A DNA stretch of 61,343 nt, filler included, from Bipalium vagum (lineage: Eukaryota): assembly GCA_037834085.1 (NCBI GenBank). It is 3 parts of 3 records of this genome, joined end to end, with 100 filler letters (N's around TTAATTAATTAA, not from the genome) between each part and the next. Parts side by side here need not be neighbours in the genome. Positions count along the whole stretch, not along the records: positions 45,648 to 61,343 come from JBBMKC010151141.1; 2 more parts are not named here. One strand, given 5' to 3'. Both the position numbers and the translations under genes were made by a program. Shown in pieces: positions 50,821-61,343 of the stretch. The first letter of the stretch is position 1. Each line of letters starts with the position of its first letter. The notes under the pieces are model-generated. The model made no database searches. It saw nothing but the letters and a program-made list of their open reading frames with translations, and was not told the origin of the DNA.

Positions 50821-53486
50821 ATGGATAATTTAATTCCAGTAATAAATAAATTACACGATGTATTCAGTACTATTGAAAAAGATATAATTAAATTACCTCA
50901 AATAGTAGTTATTGGTTCTCAAAGTGCAGGCAAAAGTTCTGTTTTAGAAAATATAGTAGGTCACGATTTTCTCCCTAGAGGCTCAGGAATTGTTACTCGA
51001 TGTCCAATAGTTCTGCAACTTATATTTACTCCAATCACTAATGAAAATTCACCAAATCCTTATGGGAAATTTTTACATACTAAGGATAAAGTTTTTGTTG
51101 ATTTCAATGAGATTAGAGAAGAGATAGAAAGAAAAACAGAAGAAATAGCTGGAAGTGGAAAAGTAAGAAAAGTATTGAAGTTTTTATGTGTAATATTTTA
51201 TTCAGTGTGTAGTTGATGAACCAATAAATCTTAAAATATACAGTTCTCAAGTACTAAATCTGACTTTGGTAGATTTACCGGGTATGACAAAAATTCCTAT
51301 ACAAGATCAGCCTGAAGATATTGAAGAACAAATTCGGAGTTTATGTATCAAATATGCTAAACAACCGAATTCAATTCTTTTATCTATTTCAAGTGCAAAT
51401 AATGATTTGGCGAACAGTGAATCACTAAAATTGGCAATGCATTTAGATCCAGAAGGTAATTTTATTTCCATTTTCTTATAGTATTCGAAATGCTGTCAAT
51501 GGCCAATTTTAACCTGCTAAGTTAATCTCTACATAACAATTTAACAAAAGGTGTAACTGATAGTCCGTTTAAGCAATATACCACCAATAATTCTTAATAA
51601 TCGCATTTTAATCTGAAAAGACAAAGATATTCTACTGTATGTTAATATGAAATAAGAGATCAATAATTTATTTGGTATACAATTTGATAAATAACTTTAT
51701 TTTCACTTAATTTAATTTTCTATTAATTGAGTTGGCTTTCTTTTATTAAATAATAAATAGGTTCATTAAAAAAATTATTCTATATTAATAATAAATATTG
51801 ATGTAAATTGATGTTTAGGCATGAGGACGTTTTGCATCCTGACAAAATTGGATTTAATGGATGATGGAACAGATGCGAAAGACATTCTTTCTGGATACAC
51901 GAATATAAAAAATTTCAAATTGGGAGTGATTGGTGTAGTCAATCGATCTCAGGCCGATCTTAACAATCGCAAATCAATTGCCGACGCATTAGAGAGTGAG
52001 GCTCAGTTCTTCAGAAAGCACTATCCCTCATTGGCCAATCAGAACGGCACACCATATTTGGCCAAGAGATTGAACGAGGTAATTTTCGATTTTACAAAAC
52101 CTTTCGTTTTGACTTTTCGTTCCAGCTGCTTATGAAACACATAAAAGCATCTCTACCAAATTTGAAAACGGAAATAAACATTCGGATTAAGCAATGCACA
52201 ACGGAGCTGCAAGCCTATGGAAACGAAGTAAAAAACAAGGTAAGCGAAAGTTGGTCGAGTTCCTCTCGTTATTTTTGTATTTATTTTCGCAGAAAGAGCT
52301 TCTAATGGAAATGATCAATCATTTCAATACCGCATATTGCAACGCCATTGACGGAAACTCTCGCAATATCAATACGGCAGAACTTTGTGGTGGTGCTCGG
52401 ATCGGTTACATATTTTATTCCATGTTTCACAAAACGATCGATGAAATCGATTCACTGGGAAATTTGAAACCAAAAGCTATTTTGACTGCCATCCAGAATG
52501 CCAGCGGTCCTCGTTCATCGCTTTTCGTTCCGGAATTGACATTTGAGCTATTGGTCAAAAATCAAATTTCTCGATTAGAAGAACCGAGTCTGATATGTAT
52601 TGATCTAGTGTTGGACGAAATGCAGAGAATCATTCAGAACTGCGGCACGCACGTATGAATTTGTTTTTGATGCATCACCATAAAAATGTTATTATCGATT
52701 ATGATTGATTTTTATTTAGAGGGAAATGGAAAGGTTTCCAAGGCTTAGTGAAAGAATTATCAACGTCGTCACGAATCTGTTGCGACAACGTCACGAGCCT
52801 ACCAACGAAATGGTGTCCAGTCTCATTCAAATCGAGTTGGCATTTATCAACAATCGTCATCCAGATTTCGATACGTCTGGTGCTTACGGAAAATCAATGG
52901 ACCATCAAATATCGAAGCATAATCACAACAAAAAAATGACCGTCAGTGAAATGTCTATAATAGACGTAAGAGATTGGGCTCTGTTAAAAATTATTGATTT
53001 TTTGTTGTTTTTCCAATTCAGGATGACTCCTCTATCAGACGCTATGAGAACATGAACGAAAAAGATATTCGAGACTGTAAATTGATAGGTTTGTTTTTTT
53101 TGTGTGAAGTTGTATTGATTTCAATTCACTCTATTTATCAATCACATCAATAGAGAATCTAATCAAGAGTTATTTCGATTTGGTACGAAAAACCATCAAG
53201 GACTTGGTTCCGAAGACAATCATGTGCTTTCTGGTGAACTATATCAAGGAAAATTTGCAAGGAAAATTAGTTCTGGAGATTCTCCGCGATGATAATGTCG
53301 ATTATCTATTGGAAGAGAACGCTGATTTTGCGCAGCGTCGCAAGGAGCTTAAGCAATTATTAGAGGTTTGTTTTTTTGAAATCCTATTCCACCGGGAAAT
53401 TATTCTTTTATTTGTATTTTGTCGTTTAGAGTCTACGTAAGGCCAATTGTATTATTAGTGAAATCCGAGAGACACAGGTGCGCTGA
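50821..53486 (+). CDS. DNM1L: Dynamin-related protein 1 (mitochondrial/peroxisomal fission GTPase), 9 exons, 635 aa
   Basis: Exons 50821-51162, 51206-51455, 51819-52078, 52126-52239, 52293-52652, 52720-52965, 53022-53088, 53154-53365, 53430-53486 sum to 1908 nt. Motifs [44 protein letters not shown] ending [11 protein letters not shown]. No PH or proline-rich domain. Confidence 0.95.
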
Positions 53487-56352
53487 CCAGAGCACTTTCT
53501 AGGTGCTCGTTATAAATTATTATTATTATTTAGCGGTAAATAAACATATTCGACTAATCAACGTTACTTTTAATGATTCATAAGAATAAAAGATGACAAT
53601 AGACAGTGCTGTTTGAGTTTGATCTCTCTCTTTCACTGTTTCTCTGAATTCTTCAATCATGAATATGAGATTGAAACGATTGATATTATTAATAGTGTTA
53701 TAATCAATACTTCCTTGTGATGTATGATTTCTCTTTACTAAAAAATATAGGCAAATTTTTCTTAAAATATTTCACATATATTATCGATGATATATATCAT
53801 ATATTTTAATTAAAACGATTATTTGTGTTTTGATCGATTTGAAAGTTTGTTTTCAGAGTTTTTTATTAGGATTGTTGATAGTTTTATTATTTCATCATCA
53901 GGAATCGACTAATATTATCATTATCATAGTTCACAACTTACTCGTCTCTGTACATCAATAGTTTATGGCATTCTCAACGAGTTTCCTTGAAGTGTTGAAA
54001 ACAAGCTTCCAATAACAGATTAAACATTGTGATTTTGGAATGACTTTATTTTAAAAACCTTGACAGTGACATAAACCGATGGTGATCCGTTGATGGTGAA
54101 TCAGGACAGTGTGTGAAATTACTGAGGACTTGGAATTTTTAATATATAATAATTTTGGTGAGCTTAGCGGTAGAGTTACATGATTTTTATAAGGAAACGA
54201 CGTTTTGGGATTACGATTCAACGGTTATGCCACACGCAGTGTACAGCATTATCTTCATTAGAAGGATAAATTATGTTTTGAGTAGAAATAGACCTGGAAG
54301 GTCGTCAAGGTTTAGTCTTACTGACCTTGAGATAGGAAATCTAGTTCTCATCCCTATGTTATCACATTAGAAAAGGTGCTGCTTGAAACCTTGTCAGGAC
54401 TCTTTCATCTGAAGGAAACCATTTTCTTTGTTGGAGTCCCTTTCACATTTATCTCAAATGTGTACAGGCAGGTATCATGAACTTGCTCTTCACATTGTGG
54501 GAAGAAGGAGATCTGATTTAATCAGTCTTTAAGGCATTTAAATTGAGCTCCTTTTTTCTACCAAGCGTAATTTTAATGTAGACATCTTCATTTTTCAACT
54601 TTTTGAACCTTCTTTAATGTCTCATTACAACTTTGAAATGCTTTTTTGTTGAAATAATTTTTTCGAAATTCACATCGATAATAATGTTCTTTAGTCCGAT
54701 TGGTATTTTTAAAATCATACAGACAATAATGTAAAATACTTTCTGACTTGGATTAGCTGGAAAAAAAATTTTGTTTAAAAATGACATTATTTGCTTGATA
54801 ACTGAATTTATTTTGTCTATTGATTTCATCTTATTGATAACTATGAGTTTGAAACACGATTATATTTAATTGTCTATGGAAAAGAATACCGACTTCAAAT
54901 AGAAGAAAACTAGAAGTTTTTTATTTGACTTGACTGTGTGGACTATCTAATTCAGTTACTATCATTGGTTGAATCGATCTAACTTTTGTTCTGACAGTTT
55001 ATATTAAACTTTAGTTTTGAGTAATCGATCTAGTTTCGCATTTTAGTTAATTTGTATAGTTAAGTTTTTAAAGACACGAGTCAATAAATCTATCTAATGA
55101 TATTCTAGTGCATTATGAAATAATCGATTTAATCTGTGTTTCATTTATAATTTTATCATATTGAGATTTTTTATTTGAAGATGATCAACAAAGTTTTACG
55201 AAACAAAAAATTATGAATTCTTAAAAATATTTCCACCTTTAAATTAAAAATGCACAAATTAAAAGTTTAATTGTTTAAAGAAATGATAAAAATTAGGTTG
55301 AATACTTTTTTTAGCTGTCATTAGAAAATTTTCACAAAATTACCGAGATATATTGCAAAAAGTTTTAAATCATTAAAGTTTTTTACAATCATTTCATTTG
55401 TATCATTTGTCACTGATTTCAGAACAACAATTTTGTAATACATAAAGTATATTTTGGAAAGTTTTCTTAATTTTTTCAATATTTAATGTATCAACTTTAA
55501 CCTGACTCAAACTCTTAAGTGGTGCAAAATAACAAGAATCAATAAAACAATAATTTGTATTTATATCACTATAGCACGCAAAAATCACAATATTTATAAC
55601 AAAAACGTCAAACTCAAAAGGGAATCACAAGGAATAATAACTTAAATTTTCAAAGTAAATGGTCAATCAAATGAAATAATATGTAAAGCTTAAAAATAAA
55701 CAAAAACAATCTTACAAATTGTCTTCGTTTAAAATTCCTGGGCCATCAGTCGATCCTTTCAAGTTATTCAGACATAGTTCTCTTATGGGGAACTTAAACA
55801 AAATCCCAGTACTGAACATATTATGAATATACAGTTTAGTCCGGATATTACGAATCACCTATTCCCACAAAAAAATTCGTAATATCCGATTTTTCTGATT
55901 AACCGATTTACTGGTTCTTTTCCTATTACGTAAATGAAAACAACTTTTTCTTTGTATAATAAAAAAAAGCTACAGAATTAAGACATTTTAGTTATTATCA
56001 ACATTAAAATAGTGGTCCAAGGTTGTTTGTTTAAGGGATAAAATGGCAATTTTTGTTAGAGCACAATAAATTTTATCTATATTCTGAAAATCTATCTATA
56101 ATTTTAATTTATTAATTTTTCTAAAACAAGACTATTAATAATCAGTACATAAAAGATTAGTTGCACCGTTAAAAAATTGAAAATTATTATTATTATTTGT
56201 TAACGTGAAACTAAATATAATATTATAGAAATCATTATTATAAAGCTAACTAAACAGATAACCATATTTAGTTTTTAAGCTATAATTTTATATACCAAGT
56301 ATGAACATTGATTTTTATCTTCATATCGAAAATTTTGGATATCCCTTTAATA

Positions 56353-59164
56353 ATGTTACTGAACAGGAATATTTTTAAATACAAACCAAACAATCAGTCC
56401 TCAAAAATGTCTATCACCGTGAAATCTGATGAAGGAGAATTAAATACATGTATCAAACATCATGTTAATGAATCAGTTGAAATTGTAGAAAATGGTTTGA
56501 GCGACATTCCTGAAGAGGATCAGTCCCATACGACTACTTTATCTCAACAAGGTTTCTACTCACCCAATACAAATTATCACAGCTATGTATCTCAACATTC
56601 ACCTCCAGCGCCTCCTTTGAGATCTATATTTACAAAACTATCTACGCCATTGTATGATGATTCGATAAACCCTGTTCATTTCAATCAAAAATTGAACACA
56701 TTGCATAAAAATTGCATTGAAATTATTCAATCTAAATTCGAGAATAGCTCAAAGTCAGAACATTCGATTCCAAGCTTATTTAATTCAGTGGACAACATTT
56801 CAGATGAAATAGAAATCGAATGTTGTTCACAAAATGCAAAACGTGGAGATCAAGGTATAACAACAACCTCTGATTCGATTGTCAATACAACGTCGAATAC
56901 AATCAATTCGAGTGATGATATTAAAGATAAATACATCCTCGTGACAGTCACCTTGAAAAAATGTTAGTCTTCTACTATTATTCTTAAAGGATAACATGAT
57001 ATATGATATGTAAGAATTGAAATCTACATGAAACTAATTTGACATTATCAAAAAAATATTGATAAATCATTTTTTATAGTAACTTTTCTATCTCAGCTGG
57101 ATTTTTATTTAATCTTTTAATAATTACATTTTAGAAAGATCGAAAACTAAGATGGATTATAACTTATCTTTAAGTTGTTAAAATCTTATTTCCTTGAGAG
57201 AACAATGTGAATATAATAATAATAATATTATTATTATATTAGGTGTAGGCATAGGTTTTAGTTCATTTTTTTTAAAAAAAATTAATGTTATTAAAAGGTA
57301 ATTTATTTATTTTCAACGTGCAGAGGTGCATTATCATGAAGGAGTATTAGTTTATCTTTATTGTCTAAGATAATGTTTTTCAGCTGTTTTTGAAATTAAA
57401 TGCCTTATACTTTTGCTGTGTTCGATTGACCTTATTTCATGATAAAAATTATAATAATAATTAATAATTAGTGATTCAAATCCACCAGTTCTTCACCAAA
57501 TAGTAACCATCAGAATCTTTTGAAGGATTTTTAATTTTGGGTAGTGTTTGGGAGTTTTATCTGTAACTTCTGCAGATTGCTAACGATTTTCGTATAGGAT
57601 CCACTTTTTTTCATAGGTATACCATTAAAAAAAATTCTTATTCCTCAAGAACAGAGAAATGAAACGCTTTTGCATATGGATTTTATTCATTTTTCATTTA
57701 ATTCATTATGAGTTTATCGTTTCAGCTTTTATGACTATTTATTTCTGTGGTAGATTGGGAAGAATTGCTTTCCACAATTCGCAAAGAACATTAAAATGGT
57801 TAAAGATTATTGAAAGATATCGAAAATTATTTCTTTTGGTTTTGATAACAAATCAATTTTAAAAAATCCTTTAATTTTTGTTAGTGATTTCAAATTATTA
57901 ATTATTCAAATATTTTTCATATTTTTTTCATGAAATATAAATTTTAGCAAAGTATTGATATTGAATCATTATCTTATGAAAAAAAAATATATTTGGACTC
58001 TTACAGCCTCCAATGGATTTGGATTTAGTTTAACCTCAAGACAAAATCCAGTAGATCTATCAAATCCTGTTTATGTATCAAAGGTTTTGGCAAATGGCCC
58101 TGCAATACTCGATGGTCGGATGAAACCCGGTGACCAAATAATTAAGGTACCTTGTTTTTTAATATCAATGATTATATTTTTATTTCATTTGATTTTTTAA
58201 CCTGTTATTATTTATTTTATTATTTTTTTTAATAAATATTGTTATTAATTTATTATATTTCTATTACTAATTCACAATTATTAATAATTTGATTTATCTT
58301 TGTTTAAGATTGATGATAAAGATGTCAGTAATTCATCTCAGAAAGAAATTAAAGATATCCTAATGAACATCCAAAAAGAATCTACAGTTAGAATTGGATT
58401 ATATAGATCAAGTTCGGATACCATATCTTATTTACTTGATCCAATAAAATCTGGTTCCGTTAACCGAAAAATTATTCCTAAATCCCAAATTCTGAATGAT
58501 AAAAACCAAGAAGAGTTCAATGAAGATTGTAATCAAATAAGTGTAGAAGAACAGGTAATCAAAATAAAATGCTTTTCTATAATTTTTCTAAAGTGCTTTA
58601 TTTTACCATTTTCTATGAATTTAGAAACCGGTCAGTTTCCCATTGTGTTGTTGTGTACATAAAAATTCCTTTACATGTTCGAAACTAAATCTATACCACT
58701 TCGTAATACCTCTAAAGCCAGTAGAATCTGAAAATTTGTCTTCGGAACTTTTAGATCCAATATCTCCAGATAAATGTTTTAAATCTATGACTTTAAAATC
58801 ACAAAATTCAGAAAACAAAATTGATCCCATCTCAATTCCTTTAAACCACAAAAATAAATTATCATCAAGCTCATTTTCCAAGAAGTCTTCAGCGCCAAAT
58901 AAAACTTCCAATGCCACTTTGGGTATCAGTGTTTCAAGAGGTTTTAGCCAAATGTCATTCAATAATTCTCATTTTGAGTGTCAAAATTCCTGTCAACATG
59001 GATCAAAACTCCAAAATCCTGAAGTACAAGATAATTTTTCCTCAAATGAGTATTCCAGAAATGATGACACTATGCACAAATTTTGTCCAAAATGTCATGG
59101 ATTAATATCTCAAAGGAATGGAGTTTTTGTTAAATCCATAATTCCAGATGGTTCTGCATATTCG
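56353..59164 (+). CDS. Par-3/Bazooka-like multi-PDZ polarity protein (PDZ2- and PDZ3-like regions), 3' incomplete
   Basis: Phase-consistent exons ~56353/56407-56962, 58007-58146, 58309-58554, 58625-59164. VTLKKSSNGFGFSLTSRQNPVDLSNPVYVSKVLANGPAILDGRMKPGDQIIKIDDKDVSNSSQKEI resembles Par-3 PDZ2. FVIPL...LGISVSRG...GVFVKSIIPDGSA resembles Par-3 PDZ3. Confidence 0.75.
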
Positions 59165-59560
59165 GTAAGAGATAACATTTGATTAGAAATGTTCGATTAA
59201 TAATTTTATCTTAAATTGTATCTATTAACAAACCAATAAACTAAATGAATCTATTTTAACAGATACACTTTTATGAAATTTATATAACGTAGATGTATTT
59301 TATCTGTATTCATATTTTAAATAAAATATATATTATAAGGATTATTTAATTTATATATAATTATACATTTAAACAATTCTGGTTTTTAATAAAATAAAAA
59401 TCATAATCATAAAATATATCATTTTTCTCATCTTTTATTTAATATTTATCATTAATTTATTTATATATCTTACAATTTTAATTATTTTTATATTTAAATG
59501 AGAATTATTAATGAAATTTTTTCTAACGAAATTTCATTTTTAAATTGAAATTTTACAGTA

Positions 59561-59562
<2 letters not shown>

Positions 59563-59591
<29 letters not shown>
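59563..59591. repeat. (TA)n microsatellite
   Basis: Directly visible. Confidence 0.9.
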
Positions 59592-59594
<3 letters not shown>

Positions 59595-59599
59595 TTTAA

Positions 59600-60300
59600 A
59601 AAGTTCTGCCGCCTCTAATTTCTGTACCTCTTCCTTGGTCTTCGTTGTGACACTTTATATCTCTGACAAGCATTACACGTTTTAATTATCTCCTGAACTT
59701 TTTCCTGCAAATTTGGAATATCTACCGTTCCTCGCTACGTCCCCGTAGGTCCTGATGGTATTGACATGATCAGACTGTTTCTGTCAAATTCCATCCATTA
59801 ATTTAATTAGATTTTCAATTTCTTCAATACTTTCTAACTTTCTCAGTTCGATCTTCTCAATTTCTGGATCGTTTATATATCTCATTAGCGCTTTTTCAAA
59901 AGGCTTTCCTTTGTCATTTCATGTGACAAGACATCTTCCACCATCTTATGGACGTTCTCCAGAAAATTTTCCACACTGTCGGTTCCTCTACGATATCATA
60001 TTTTTTTGTTTGGAAAAAGCAAATCGTAATCTTCCTTCGAATCCACTAACTTTTCCGGCTGTGCTTTCAAACATCTCTACTAAAACTAAGTCTAATAGAC
60101 AATAGATCAAGGTTTCCCTTCTTTTCACTAGTGTCTCTTTCACCGTGAAGTACCTTATGTACTGCGCAATGAACTTTTCAACATCGTCACCCTTACAGAA
60201 CGTTTTTGGTTGGAGACATTCAGTGATCGGATCCGAGTCGGTGATGGCTGCCATGTTAATATCAATTGATTTGTAGTCAGAATTAGAAGACATTTATGTA
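59600..60300 (-). mobile_element. Ty3/gypsy-like LTR retrotransposon relic (gag N-terminus + integrase Zn-binding fragment) in intron
   Basis: gag-like PKTFCKGDDVEKFIAQYIRYF...; downstream IPNLQEKVQEIIKTCNACQRYK (CxxC half of the integrase H2C2 domain). Confidence 0.7.
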
Positions 60301-61343
60301 GATAATGTAGGCCTTTAAGAGAAACTACCGGAAGAAAAAATATATATCCTTGGTATTATAGATAAATATAGCAAATATATTTCATTGACCGCTATGGTAA
60401 GACAAGATGAAAACTCTGTGCAAAAGATAATTATGAATTTGTGACAAAAAATTGACAAAGTGGTTCCTATTATTTTATTATTGGAAAAGATAAAAAGAAT
60501 TTAACTGGAGAAATTTAGAAAACAAGGATTTTGTGAAAAATATTATAACCCAGTGGGGGTTTAACCAAGGCTTCAAGTAAATCGACACCATACTTGAAGA
60601 TCATTTAAGTTCAGATGTTAATGAATTACGTGCAATATAGAATAGAAATAGATAAAATAGGTCATTGACAAATCTCATTACATATCATTTGCACATTCTT
60701 GGTTTTTTGTACATAAATCTGGTACAAGCTCCCCTTAACTTAACGAAAAATCAAGTTATATATATATATATATACTGGTAATCATTTGTTTAAACAGACT
60801 TAATTAATTGAGTATATTTTGTTGCGATTTAATAATAATTTAATTTTTATACATGATTTGGAGTCACAAACATTATCAGAAAGATAAAATTGTGTTTGGA
60901 AATCTTGTTTTCCAATAAGTTAATGAATATTATGTTAAGGAAAGCACTATATTTATAGAAAACAGCATAAAAGAAGAAAAAATCGTTTAAGCGTACTAAT
61001 CTTTTATTAATAAAAAATATACACAGATAACATAAATAATATTTTTTTAATAATGCGTATGTTTTCCCTGGGATTTTACTAAATTAAAAATTCTGTGTCA
61101 TTGAACTGGCTAAACTTTTAAGCAGGGAATCGTCAATTTTATACGTATATGATATTATATTTTTTTATATTTTAATTATCCATAGTTTTGTGGAGTTTAA
61201 TATGTAATAAGTATAATTTTGATATAGAAATTTTATATACCTAGAAAAATGTTGTTAATATATTATAGGGTGCGCCACTTAAATCGGGAAGATAATAATT
61301 GTTACAAATCTTACATTTTAAATTAGAAAAGTAATTTTCTGCA

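Noticed and set aside
50800-50823. Acceptor-like AG shortly before several start codons as evidence of spliced-leader trans-splicing
   Set aside because: Such motifs are frequent in AT-rich DNA and equally explained by 5' UTR introns; needs transcript data.

Overview
Very AT-rich animal (invertebrate) genomic DNA with spliceosomal GT-AG introns. The window is three contigs (1-28252, 28353-45547, 45648-61343) joined by two artificial 100-nt linkers (44 N + TTAATTAATTAA + 44 N), so adjacency across the linkers is not evidence. Host genes I reconstructed by hand from splice sites and reading phase: (1) a large minus-strand Additional sex combs (ASX/ASXL-like) gene with a DEUBAD/ASXH domain, running off the left edge in a poly-Asn exon; (2) a complete 6-exon RABL2; (3) a secreted-type SUEL-lectin + CUB protein; (4) a complete 9-exon dynamin-related protein 1 (DRP1/DNM1L) with a very short variable domain; (5) a Par-3/Bazooka-like PDZ gene, incomplete at the 3' end. 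The rest is largely decayed mobile DNA: many mariner/Tc1/IS630-like relics (one nested), an RLE-type (R2/NeSL-like) non-LTR fragment, a Ty3/gypsy relic and LTR-like repeats. The most interesting accessory DNA is two Polinton/Maverick (adintovirus-like) remnants on different contigs. One has a pPolB and a convergent penton-like gene. The other has a tandem pair of adenain-like proteases (an intact ORF lacking the catalytic His and Cys next to a broken copy that keeps them), followed by a palindromic repeat array. Both remnants are bracketed by the same two repeat families in the same relative order and orientation. All family assignments come from motif recognition by eye; no searches were run.
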